Numbered from the stretch's first letter, positions 17,953 through 26,312 are shown. The stretch is DNA of 32,000 nucleotides from Burkholderiales bacterium (GCA_965194335.1 OZ239141.1:1756948-1788947), one strand, 5' to 3'. Numbers and translations: made by a program. The notes: generated from the letters alone by a model not told the origin.

Positions 17953-18504
17953 TTAAATAGTTGCCAATATTTTATTCGGCACTTGTGTGTTGCTGTAGTC
18001 AATCACTTCGCTGTTGTATTTGTAATGTGCTTCTTTGCCTATGTAGCTGTTCCAACGCTGTTCTGTGCCTTTCGTTAGTCTATCCAACTTTATGTCTGTT
18101 GTGCCTACGTCTGTTGCTGCCCATATTTGCCTAATGCCGTCTTCTAATAGTTCTTGTGTTGCTGCTGTTGGTAAGTTGCCAAGTGCTATGTGTATGTGTA
18201 GCGTTCTGTTTTTGTCATATGTGTTTTGCGTGCCTTCAATCGCAGCAATAAAAATAGGCAAGTAGTCGTTATTGCGTCTGTATCCATTGCCTGTCAGCAA
18301 GCGATTAAAACGCATACGGAACTTGTGTAAGCAGTTGCGTGTTGCGTCTAACCTCTTTTCCATAGTTGCTGCGCTTATGCCGTAAGTTGGCAAGTTTGTT
18401 TGTAGCGTAAGTGCGTAGTCGCAGTGCTGTGCCAACTTGTCCAAATAGTCTGTTTGCGCTGCTACGTATGCTTTTTTGTGCGTGTTTTGCTGTTCATTGT
18501 TCAT
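17953..18504 (-). CDS. candidate HUH-type (rolling-circle Rep / relaxase-like) endonuclease
   Basis: Motif-level only. It has ALTLQT (motif I-like), LHIHIAL (HUH) and SYIGKE (YxxK) in the canonical order. Start uncertain (ATG 18504 or TTG 18549). Confidence 0.4.
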   Translation of the reverse strand: MNNEQQNTHKKAYVAAQTDYLDKLAQHCDYALTLQTNLPTYGISAATMEKRLDATRNCLHKFRMRFNRLLTGNGYRRNNDYLPIFIAAIEGTQNTYDKNRTLHIHIALGNLPTAATQELLEDGIRQIWAATDVGTTDIKLDRLTKGTEQRWNSYIGKEAHYKYNSEVIDYSNTQVPNKILATI

Positions 18505-18510
18505 ACCTTT

Positions 18511-18538
18511 ATTTAGCTTTGAACAGAAAAAGCTAAAT
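18511..18538. promoter_or_regulatory. 10-bp-stem hairpin ATTTAGCTTT-(8 nt)-AAAGCTAAAT with TTCTGTTCA in the loop (minus strand); candidate origin or operator
   Basis: The arms at 18511-18520 and 18529-18538 are perfectly complementary. The loop and stem edge (18520-18528) carry the element-wide 9-mer. It lies in the divergent region between the Rep-like gene and the 18664 gene. Confidence 0.5.
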
Positions 18539-18663
18539 ATTTTGTCCAAGTCTGTTCATATGCCTCAAAAGCCTTGTCCTACAACGCTTTGCGAGCTTAT
18601 TGTTATTGCTGCGCTGCGTCAAAAACAGCACAAATACCGCAACCTAACAGCAACTTAAAACGA

Positions 18664-19113
18664 ATGGAAAACGCTATGACACTTGCCAACTTGAAACTAA
18701 CCACAGCTAAAAAAGCCACACAACTTTCTGCTGTTGTTCAGCGTCGCACAAAACTTGTAAAACGTTTAGCAGAACAGATTGAACTTGCCAAAGCAGCACA
18801 AAACGGCAGCACGTATGCGCCAACAAAACTACGCAGCATTACGGACGCAGACACAGGCGAACGCAAACACGTTGCTGTTGCTAAGCGTGTCAAAAGTTGG
18901 ACGTTTAACGCAGACAACGGCAAGCTGTGTGTCAACGTGCGTTATGGCGCACGTGTATTGGATTTAGGAAAAGGTAAGACTGCTGTTGAACTTGCTTCAG
19001 CAAAAGAACTTGTTGCTACTTTAGAAACAATCAGCGCAGCAGTAAACGCAGGCGAACTTGACGCAGCAATGGAAGCAGCAAGCACAAAGCTACGTTCTGC
19101 TTTTACAAAATAA
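18664..19113 (+). CDS. hypothetical protein (island-borne, Ala/Lys-rich helical)
   Basis: The ORF has an A-rich coding strand like the rest of the element. The first ~30 codons of the track ORF (Cys/Tyr-rich) look spurious. Likely start is ATG 18664 or 18676. No family recognised with confidence. Confidence 0.55.
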   Translation: MENAMTLANLKLTTAKKATQLSAVVQRRTKLVKRLAEQIELAKAAQNGSTYAPTKLRSITDADTGERKHVAVAKRVKSWTFNADNGKLCVNVRYGARVLDLGKGKTAVELASAKELVATLETISAAVNAGELDAAMEAASTKLRSAFTK

Positions 19114-19192
19114 GTGTGTTGCTGCTTGTGCTTATTTGCGCTGCTAACTTTTTCTGTTCAATAAATACGTTAGCAACATAGGAACATAACGT

Positions 19193-19684
19193 ATGAGAAT
19201 ATTTGAAATAGCAGACGCAGAAGCACAACTTGCGCTTTGGAAACTTGTAAACGACAGCGTATGGACTGCGATACAAACGCAGCAGCACGAACAAGCGAAA
19301 CAAAAAGCAGCAGCACAGCAGCAGAAGAAAGCTAAGCGCAGCACTAAACGTCTTAGCAAGCGCAGTATGTCTGTGCCACTGCCCCCACCCAAAGTGCCAA
19401 TGCCAACAGCTAAGCCAAAGCAGCCACCCATACAAAAAGCTGCCACCCCCACACAGCAAAATGCCAACCCTCACCTCAACCCACAAGCAAAAGTGCCATA
19501 CCCTCCAACAACAGCTGCCACCCCCAACGTAAAAGTTGCCAACGTAGCTAAACAAGTAAGCGACGTTGACGACAATGACGCAGCGTCAGCACAACCCACT
19601 CAGTCGCAACGTGTGCCAACTTTGCCAACTAAAAATGCGTTATTGGCGCAAAAGAAGGGTATTACAGCGTTCAAACGTGCGTAA
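19193..19684 (+). CDS. hypothetical protein with a short structured N-terminus and a long Pro/Gln/Lys-rich low-complexity tail
   Basis: ATG 19193 has AGGAA 8 nt upstream. 163 aa, with no recognisable domain. Confidence 0.55.
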   Translation: MRIFEIADAEAQLALWKLVNDSVWTAIQTQQHEQAKQKAAAQQQKKAKRSTKRLSKRSMSVPLPPPKVPMPTAKPKQPPIQKAATPTQQNANPHLNPQAKVPYPPTTAATPNVKVANVAKQVSDVDDNDAASAQPTQSQRVPTLPTKNALLAQKKGITAFKRA

Positions 19685-19744
19685 ATAAAAAACACGATTG
19701 AACGGACGACAGGCATAGCAAAAATACTATTCGTCGTTTTTGAT

Positions 19745-21103
19745 TTAGCTTGTGCGCTTGTCAGTTTTCTTTTTTGCCACACGCTTGCTAACGTATGCGT
19801 CGTCAATCACTCCACCTGCTTCAATCAGCCTGCGTGTTTCTTCTCCGCGTAGTTGTTCAATAGCTTGTATGACTTTCAAATGGCTGTAGTGTTTTTCAAT
19901 CATTAAAACGCTTGTGCCCATTTGCTTTGCCAACGTATGTATTGGCACTTTGTCGTGTGTCAGCACAAGCGTCGCATACGTGTGCCGCAAGCTATAAAAC
20001 ACACGCTTTTGTTCAGTCTTTGTGTCATACAACAAGCTGTGTTCTTCCAAAAAGCTTTCAAACATTTTTTGGAAACTTGTTGGTTTTTCTTTGTCGCGTG
20101 TTCTAAACACATAGTCATTGTTTTTTGGCACTATGAGTTGTTTGAATGGCTCAGTAATGTCGTCGTCAATCTCGTAGTTGCGCTTTGCTATGCGTTCCAA
20201 CGCTTTAACCGTTCGCAGCATAGCAACAATAGTGCGTGTGCCTGTTTTGCCACTTATCGTTAGTTCCAAACTTCTGTTTAAGTTTGACAGCGTTATCTCT
20301 TCGTGTCCGTCGTCTGTGTTGTCAATCACACCTGTTTTTATTGTGATTGGTTTCATTACAAACTTTATTTGCTTCCACTTTAAGTTCAGCAACTCGTCGC
20401 CTGGCCTTGCGCCTGTATCGAGTAATACGTCAACGTAGTCGCGCAGCAGCGTTCGCATTTCTTTACTCTTTGCGTTTCGCGCTCTTTCAATCCATTCGTC
20501 AAAGCTGCCAACTAACGCACGTATTTCAGTCATATCAAAAGCAGGCCGCCTATCACTTGCTTTTCCTTTAGCTTCAAGTTTTGGCCGATTTGCGTCTGTT
20601 AAAAAGTTGCGTATAACTGCTTCGTCAAACACTCTGTTTAGCGCAGCGTTGTGTGTCAGCATAGTGCTTTGACTTGGCGCTTTTCCCATTTGTTCAATGC
20701 GCTTAGCGTCCAACTCGTCTAACGCTGTGTAGTCAATATTTGTAATGCTGCGTTTGCCCAACGCAGTTATCAAATATTCTTCAATCACACGTATGTAGTC
20801 TGCGTATGACACTTTGCCATTGCCGCTTCGTATTTCGTGCTCCATACGTTCAATAGCAAGTTTGGCAACGTCTCTAAACTTGCGAGTGATTACAGGCAAG
20901 TTTGAACGCTTACGTATTTCAGCTTCAATACGCAACTCGTTTGCTTTTGTCTTTGCTTTTTTTAAGTCGTGTTCTTTTGTTGACGCTCGTTGCCAAATGC
21001 CGTCAACCTTAAAACGACATTGCCAAATGTTGCTGCGTTCACGTCTGTAAACAATCAACTCTCTGTCTAAAAGCGTGTGCGTTGTTTCATTCTTTTCAGC
21101 CAT
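19745..21103 (-). CDS. int: tyrosine integrase (full-length, with N-terminal arm-binding-type domain)
   Basis: 452 aa. The N-terminus LIVYRRERSNIWQCRFKVDGIWQRASTK looks like a beta-sheet arm-binding domain. The catalytic motifs are TGARPGDEL (Arg I), LRHTYAT (HxxR) and HYSH (Tyr). It lies ~100 bp downstream of the element tRNA. Confidence 0.9.
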   Translation of the reverse strand: MAEKNETTHTLLDRELIVYRRERSNIWQCRFKVDGIWQRASTKEHDLKKAKTKANELRIEAEIRKRSNLPVITRKFRDVAKLAIERMEHEIRSGNGKVSYADYIRVIEEYLITALGKRSITNIDYTALDELDAKRIEQMGKAPSQSTMLTHNAALNRVFDEAVIRNFLTDANRPKLEAKGKASDRRPAFDMTEIRALVGSFDEWIERARNAKSKEMRTLLRDYVDVLLDTGARPGDELLNLKWKQIKFVMKPITIKTGVIDNTDDGHEEITLSNLNRSLELTISGKTGTRTIVAMLRTVKALERIAKRNYEIDDDITEPFKQLIVPKNNDYVFRTRDKEKPTSFQKMFESFLEEHSLLYDTKTEQKRVFYSLRHTYATLVLTHDKVPIHTLAKQMGTSVLMIEKHYSHLKVIQAIEQLRGEETRRLIEAGGVIDDAYVSKRVAKKKTDKRTS

Positions 21104-21140
21104 AGCAACACTTTAATGTCAGCAAGTTAAAAGAGCAACG

Positions 21141-21155
21141 AAGTAAGTGTGTAAG
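21141..21155 (+). repeat. 15-bp repeat AAGTAAGTGTGTAAG (candidate arm-type site, right arm)
   Basis: Perfect copy of 15652-15666. Further GTGTGT(A/G)AG units lie at 21381-21389 and 21392-21400. Confidence 0.5.
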
Positions 21156-21163
21156 TGATAAAC

Positions 21164-21194
21164 AAAAAAAATAAGACTGCCATTACAGCAGTCT
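21164..21194 (-). terminator. rho-independent terminator of the element-borne tRNA
   Basis: The minus strand reads AGACTGC-TGTAATG-GCAGTCT followed by TATTTTTTTT, 12 nt after the tRNA CCA end. Confidence 0.75.
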
Positions 21195-21205
21195 CATTTA
21201 AGTTT

Positions 21206-21282
21206 TGGTGGGCCCAGCTGGACTTGAACCAGCGGCCAATCGATTATGAGTCGACTGCTCTAACCAACTGAGCTATGGGCCC
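21206..21282 (-). tRNA. complete 77-nt tRNA with CAU anticodon, Ile2 (lysidine) type by similarity; element-encoded
   Basis: GGGCCCATAGCTCAGTTGGTTAGAGCAGTCGACTCATAATCGATTGGCCGCTGGTTCAAGTCCAGCTGGGCCCACCA folds as a cloverleaf. The acceptor stem is GGGCCCA/TGGGCCC, the D stem GCTC/GAGC, the anticodon stem GTCGA/TCGAT and the T stem GCTGG/CCAGC. The anticodon arm through the T arm closely matches E. coli ileX as I remember it. Confidence 0.85.
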
Positions 21283-21475
21283 TATAACTTTTACAACTTA
21301 TTTTTTCACAACTTAGTGCTTAGTTGCTGACTATACATAGTGTAGAAACAGCGAAAAAAGCACTAAAAACAACGTCCAAAGTGTGTGAGCAGTGTGTAAG
21401 CAAAATACAGCACCAAAAACACGCTACAAGCCGCTATTTTATTGGGTTTCTGCCCTATAGCTTACCAGAGTGATT

Positions 21476-21517
21476 GGATTATGAGTCCTCTGCTCTAACC
21501 AACTGAGCTAACGGCCC
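21476..21517 (-). pseudogene. 5' half (acceptor to anticodon loop) of the split host tRNA(CAU) gene; att junction
   Basis: The minus strand reads GGGCCGTTAGCTCAGTTGGTTAGAGCAGAGGACTCATAATCC and then runs into non-tRNA island DNA (AATCACTCTGG...). It pairs with the 15545-15589 fragment. Confidence 0.85.
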
Positions 21518-21560
21518 CCACGAACATTTACTCAACACAGCTGCCCGGGTAGACATCGAG

Positions 21561-21584
21561 AAAAAAGACCCGGTTCCCCGGGCC
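21561..21584 (-). terminator. rho-independent terminator after rpoD
   Basis: The minus strand has a GC-rich stem (GGCCCGG-GGAA-CCGGGTC) followed by TTTTTT, 9 nt after the rpoD stop. Confidence 0.7.
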
Positions 21585-21592
21585 CTTTCAAC

Positions 21593-24301
21593 TTACAGTG
21601 TATCTAGAAAACTCTTCAGCTTATCGCTGCGGCTGGGGTGACGCAGCTTACGCAATGCTTTCGCTTCGATTTGCCGTATTCGCTCACGCGTAACATCGAA
21701 CTGTTTTCCAACCTCTTCCAGTGTGTGATCCGTTGCCATTTCGACTCCAAAGCGCATCCGCAGGACTTTGGCCTCACGCGGGGTCAGCGAGTCGAGAACC
21801 TCTTTCACAACATCACGCATCGAATCCTGAAGTGCGGCTTCCATCGGGGCAACCGTATTCGTATCTTCAATGAAATCCCCGAGATGCGAATCGTCATCAT
21901 CTCCAATTGGGGTTTCCATCGAGATCGGCTCTTTGGCAATTTTCAGGATCTTACGGATTTTGTCTTCCGGCATTTCCATTTTGATTGCCAGCGTTGCAGG
22001 GTCCGGCTCTTTGCCCGTCTCCTGCAGGATCTGCCGAGAAATTCGATTCATCTTATTAATCGTTTCAATCATATGAACCGGAATTCGAATTGTACGTGCC
22101 TGATCTGCAATTGAACGCGTAATCGCCTGACGAATCCACCATGTGGCATATGTTGAAAACTTATAACCCCGGCGATATTCAAACTTATCGACTGCCTTCA
22201 TGAGGCCAATATTGCCCTCCTGAATCAAGTCGAGAAACTGAAGACCCCGGTTTGTGTATTTCTTTGCAATTGAAATCACGAGCCGCAGGTTGGCCTCGGT
22301 CATTTCTTTCTTGGCTGCGCGCGCCTTGCGTTCACCAGCCGTCATCTGCTTATGAATATCCCGAAGATCTACCAGGGGCAACACAACCTTGGTCTGCATC
22401 GCGATTAGTTTCTGCTGCTCCTCCTGCAAGGCAGGCAGATTACGCTGAAGTAGCGGTGTTGATGGGCCCGCCGAAGGGATCTTCTTCGCAAAGAGTTCCA
22501 GATTGATTTCATTACCAGGAAACTCTTTGATAAACCACTCTTGGCTTAGCCCAACTTTATCAACTGCGATTGAACGAATCTTACGTTCAATCCTACGAAC
22601 GTCTTCGACCTGAGCCCGCAGCGTATCGGCCAGCCTTTCGACCATCTTTGCAGTAAAGCGCAGGCTCATGAATTCGTTGCTAATCGTCTGCTGCGCCTTT
22701 GCATATGCTGGCGATTTATAGCCATCCCCATCGACCGCTTTACGCATTTTGTCGAAGGCTTTTTGAATCACCTCAAATTTCTCTAGGGCTGCAACCTTGC
22801 GTTCTTCAAGCCGCGCTGTATTGGCTGCCGCAGCCGCAGCGCCATCGTCATCGACCTCTTCGGTGGCCTCAATAGCGGCGAACTCTGCCTCGGTCGAGGA
22901 TAAGAGGTCTTCCTCTGGCGCGTTCGGATCAACAATGCCATCGACCATGTCGTTGATGGGCATCGTTCCTTCACGGATTTTAGTTGCGCAATCAAGGACT
23001 TCTGCGATCGTTACGGGGCAGGCTGAAATTGCCATCACAATGTCGCGAAGACCTTCCTCAATCTTCTTGGCAATAACGATTTCACCCTCACGGGTCAGAA
23101 GCTCGACGGTGCCCATTTCGCGCATGTACATGCGAACCGGATCAGTTGTGCGACCGAACTCGGAATCAACGGTCTGCAGCGCGGCCTCTGCCTGCTCTTC
23201 AGCATCATCGTCATCCGCTGCCGGTGCGTTGCTGGTGAGCAGTAGGGTCTCAGTGTCAGGGGCCTGCTCGTAGATCGCAATGCCCATGTCGTTAAAGGTC
23301 GATACGATTGATTCAATCTGTTCAGCCTCAACCACATTTTCTGGCAGGTGGTCGTTAATCTCTGCGTAGGTGAGATAGCCACGCTCTTTGCCAAGCTTGA
23401 ATAGGGTTTTAAGCTTTGTTTTTCTGGCCTCCAACTCCTCTGGGGTGACCGCACCCCCGGCAGGAAGAAACTCCTTGAGAACCCGATCTCGCGCCCGACG
23501 AGCGCTTCCTTTTTTCGGCGGCGGCGGGGGCTCCATCGCAGCGTCGACGGCGTCGTCATCCATTACGGTGTCGTCTAGGCCACTCGCTTCTGCCTCGAGT
23601 TGTTCAGGCGATTTTTTCGCGGGCCGCCCAGGCTTGCCCTTTGGCTTGATTGGCTTTGGCTCGGCGATCTTTTTTTCGGCAATAGGTTTGGTTTTTTCAA
23701 CTGGAGCCTTCGCTAAGGACTTTTTCACCTCAGGCTTCTTACCTTCGGGCTGCTTTGGGTTGGCCTTTTTCGGCTGCGCCTTCGCTAGGGATTTCGGGGC
23801 GGGCTGCTTTGCCGTTTTGACAGCGGGCTTGCCTTTAGATTTATCCGAAACTCTGACCGACGCTTTTGATGTGGGCTTCTTGGCCAATGCCTTCGGGTGA
23901 GCAGAGGGCTTGCTCTTTGGGGAATTCTTAACAAGTGCTTTGGGGGGCAGTTTTTTACCGGAAGATTTCTTGGCATTGGTACCCTTGGGGGCAGCCTTTA
24001 CTGCTGACTTTGCTGTGGGTTTCACAGGGGCCTTAGGCCCCTGCTTTATTTTTGATGCAGGCTTAGAGGAGGCTTTCGTCATTGCCTTCGCTACTGGTTT
24101 GGGCTTAGCGGGGGCGGGGGCCTTCTTGGCGGGTGTCTTCACAACAGCTTTCTTTGACGCTGGGGACGGCTTGACGACCTTCGCTGCCTTGGACGAAACG
24201 ACCTTCTTTGTCTGGGTTGCTGACTTAGGCGTTGATTTGACAGAGGGCTTAGTTACCGGCTTGGCGGCTACTTTGGGGGTTGATTTTTGAGTCTTTGTCA
24301 C
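21593..24301 (-). CDS. rpoD: RNA polymerase sigma factor RpoD (sigma70) with ~290-aa Lys/Ala/Pro-rich N-terminal extension
   Basis: From residue ~296 it is collinear with E. coli RpoD. Matching segments include [31 protein letters not shown], region 2 [49 protein letters not shown] and region 4 [27 protein letters not shown]. It has a GTG start with AAGGA 10 nt upstream. Confidence 0.95.
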   Translation of the reverse strand: MTKTQKSTPKVAAKPVTKPSVKSTPKSATQTKKVVSSKAAKVVKPSPASKKAVVKTPAKKAPAPAKPKPVAKAMTKASSKPASKIKQGPKAPVKPTAKSAVKAAPKGTNAKKSSGKKLPPKALVKNSPKSKPSAHPKALAKKPTSKASVRVSDKSKGKPAVKTAKQPAPKSLAKAQPKKANPKQPEGKKPEVKKSLAKAPVEKTKPIAEKKIAEPKPIKPKGKPGRPAKKSPEQLEAEASGLDDTVMDDDAVDAAMEPPPPPKKGSARRARDRVLKEFLPAGGAVTPEELEARKTKLKTLFKLGKERGYLTYAEINDHLPENVVEAEQIESIVSTFNDMGIAIYEQAPDTETLLLTSNAPAADDDDAEEQAEAALQTVDSEFGRTTDPVRMYMREMGTVELLTREGEIVIAKKIEEGLRDIVMAISACPVTIAEVLDCATKIREGTMPINDMVDGIVDPNAPEEDLLSSTEAEFAAIEATEEVDDDGAAAAAANTARLEERKVAALEKFEVIQKAFDKMRKAVDGDGYKSPAYAKAQQTISNEFMSLRFTAKMVERLADTLRAQVEDVRRIERKIRSIAVDKVGLSQEWFIKEFPGNEINLELFAKKIPSAGPSTPLLQRNLPALQEEQQKLIAMQTKVVLPLVDLRDIHKQMTAGERKARAAKKEMTEANLRLVISIAKKYTNRGLQFLDLIQEGNIGLMKAVDKFEYRRGYKFSTYATWWIRQAITRSIADQARTIRIPVHMIETINKMNRISRQILQETGKEPDPATLAIKMEMPEDKIRKILKIAKEPISMETPIGDDDDSHLGDFIEDTNTVAPMEAALQDSMRDVVKEVLDSLTPREAKVLRMRFGVEMATDHTLEEVGKQFDVTRERIRQIEAKALRKLRHPSRSDKLKSFLDTL

Positions 24302-24364
24302 GGGGATCGAATCCTTTGGTGGCGGGCAATTGGGCTGCCCACATCAATCTAAGCGGAACCTTCC

Positions 24365-24393
24365 ATTATACAAAAATAGCTATTAAAAATCAA
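24365..24393 (-). promoter_or_regulatory. candidate sigma70 promoter for rpoD in the dnaG-rpoD spacer (TTGATT-N17-TATAAT)
   Basis: A perfect -10 hexamer (plus-strand attata 24365-24370), a 17-nt spacer and a 4/6 -35 hexamer (24388-24393). Confidence 0.45.
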
Positions 24394-24415
24394 TGCCTTA
24401 CAAGAAAATTAGGGC

Positions 24416-26290
24416 CTAGTTACTCGGGGTTTCGGGGTCGAGTTTTAGCTGCTGAATCTTCAAACGGACGTCTTGCAACGTTGAAAGGGCCCCAGGGTCG
24501 CTGGATACTCGGACAGCAAGTCGGGCAGCCTCCTCTTCGAGCGCCCTCACCTTCAGACGCCTAACGGCCAGATAAAGTTCTTTCTTAAGGGTCTCGGGTT
24601 GGGCCTCCATCAGATCATCCAACGCGGGGTCTGGCTTGGCGAGCCTTAGGAAGAGTTTGATGACGTCCGAACCCCGCTCCCGTCCCTCAGCGAGGGCCGC
24701 CTCATGGAGCAACGCAAAAGTTGCCCCCGGCTTACCCGCGGTCTTCTCTTGGATCCACTGGAGTAAATCGGCCTGAGACTGCTCAAGATACTCAAAAAAA
24801 TCGGGATCAAGATCAATCACCCAATCCGGCTGACGCACCAGAATCTGTAAGGCCCGCTCTGCCAGAGGCCGGATCACCGGACGGGGCAGCCTAATCGGTG
24901 CTGGTGCCGAATAGTTCTTGTACCCATTCCTTTTGGTTGAGACATTGCCTGCCGCGCCATCGGGCTTGGACTGCGCAATGCTGCTCGCTTCTCGGGCGAC
25001 GGGTCCAGCGTTGATGGCCGCCAGTAAGCTCGCCTCATGCATATCGAGTCGACGGGCGGCCTCTCGCAGAATCTGCGAGCGCAATCCGTTAGCAGACATG
25101 AGTTTTAAAAGCCGCTGCGCCTGACTGCCCGCAGCCGCACGGCCCTCTGCATACCCGAGGTCTTGGCCTTCACACGCCATTTCAATTAGTAAGGCGGAAA
25201 GAGGCTTGGCCTCGTTCGCGCGCTGCGTTAGAGCGTCTTGCCCAAACTCCCGTACAAAACTGTCAGGGTCATGGTCTTGGGGTAAAAACACAAAATCAAT
25301 TCGGTTTTTCTCCGATGCGAAGGGCAGTGAGGTCTCGAGCGCGCGCGCAGCCGCTCGACGCCCCGCCGTATCGCCATCAAACATGAAGACAATGTGATCA
25401 CTTAGTCGCAGCAATTGCTGGACATGTTGCGGTGTGGTTGCCGTTCCAAGAGTCGCCACCACGTGGCCGAGGCCATGTTGCGCTAAGGCCACTACATCCA
25501 TATACCCCTCAACCACCCAGACCTGACCCGCCGAACGAATCAGTGGCCGAGCCTCGAAACCACCATAGAGCTCATATCCTTTCGAGAACACTGGGGTCTC
25601 CGGGGAATTGAGATACTTCGGCTCGGCATCCGCAATGGTTCTTGCACCAAAGCCCAGCACCTCACCGCGGCCACTCAATATCGGGAACATGATGCGATCT
25701 CGGAAACGGTCATACCGTTTCCCAGAATCGCCCTCAATGACCAGGCCTGCTTCAATAAGATCTTGATTCGTGTAATCCGCAAATACAGATTGCAGTGGCT
25801 GCCAACCCTCAGGGGCGTAGCCAAGGTGATACTTCGCAGCAATCTCACCCGACAGACCGCGCTGTTTGAGGTAAGAGACCGCCTGAGGAGAGTCCTTAAG
25901 ACGGCGTTGATAAAACCTGGCCGCGTCTAAGAGCAAATCACGCAGCCGTGCCCGATAGTCGGTTTCTTTTTTCTTCGCCTCCGGATTAATCTCCGGCGCT
26001 TGTTTCGGAACCTCTAGGCCAACCCGCCGTGCAAGATCTTCAACCGCCTGGGGAAACGGAAGGCCTAGGTGTTCAATTAAAAAACCAAGCGCAGTACCGT
26101 GCGCCCCACACCCGAAGCAGTGATAAAACTGTTTCGATGGGCTTACCGAAAATGATGGGGATTTTTCTGTGTGAAACGGGCAGAGCCCCGAATAATTTGC
26201 CCCTGAACGTTTAAGGGGCACATATTGACCAACTATCTCAACAACATCGACACGTCGAATTAATTCATCAATAAATTGCTGTGGAATCAA
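24416..26290 (-). CDS. dnaG: DNA primase
   Basis: 624 aa with a TTG start. Has the zinc ribbon CPFHTEKSPSFSV...YHCFGCGAHG and the TOPRIM EGYMDV...FDGDTAGRRAA. Confidence 0.95.
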   Translation of the reverse strand: MIPQQFIDELIRRVDVVEIVGQYVPLKRSGANYSGLCPFHTEKSPSFSVSPSKQFYHCFGCGAHGTALGFLIEHLGLPFPQAVEDLARRVGLEVPKQAPEINPEAKKKETDYRARLRDLLLDAARFYQRRLKDSPQAVSYLKQRGLSGEIAAKYHLGYAPEGWQPLQSVFADYTNQDLIEAGLVIEGDSGKRYDRFRDRIMFPILSGRGEVLGFGARTIADAEPKYLNSPETPVFSKGYELYGGFEARPLIRSAGQVWVVEGYMDVVALAQHGLGHVVATLGTATTPQHVQQLLRLSDHIVFMFDGDTAGRRAAARALETSLPFASEKNRIDFVFLPQDHDPDSFVREFGQDALTQRANEAKPLSALLIEMACEGQDLGYAEGRAAAGSQAQRLLKLMSANGLRSQILREAARRLDMHEASLLAAINAGPVAREASSIAQSKPDGAAGNVSTKRNGYKNYSAPAPIRLPRPVIRPLAERALQILVRQPDWVIDLDPDFFEYLEQSQADLLQWIQEKTAGKPGATFALLHEAALAEGRERGSDVIKLFLRLAKPDPALDDLMEAQPETLKKELYLAVRRLKVRALEEEAARLAVRVSSDPGALSTLQDVRLKIQQLKLDPETPSN

Positions 26291-26312
26291 TTGCTAAGCA
26301 ACCCATCGCAAC

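Noticed and set aside
17901-18538. The Rep-like ORF flanked by two hairpins as an IS200/IS605-type (TnpA) insertion sequence.
   Set aside because: - The two hairpins (CTTGTCGT...ACGACAAG and ATTTAGCTTT...AAAGCTAAAT) are unrelated in sequence, whereas IS200/IS605 ends carry similar TnpA-recognised hairpins.
- The ORF is longer than typical TnpA.
- There is no second copy in the window.
19103-19555. Minus-strand ORFs 19103-19555 and 19144-19467 (Cys/Trp/Gly-rich).
   Set aside because: They are antisense to the SD-equipped 19193-19684 ORF and have compositionally implausible protein sequences.
22797-24290. Plus-strand ORFs 22797-23273, 23388-23900 and 23910-24290, and minus-strand out-of-frame ORFs within rpoD.
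   Set aside because: They are shadow ORFs, antisense or out of frame to a clearly homologous rpoD. The repetitive KAP-coding region keeps several frames open by composition.
24303-24320. A GGATTCGATCCCC word resembling a tRNA T-arm just upstream of rpoD.
   Set aside because: There is no acceptor, D or anticodon arm around it. It coincides with the rpoD SD region and is likely chance similarity.
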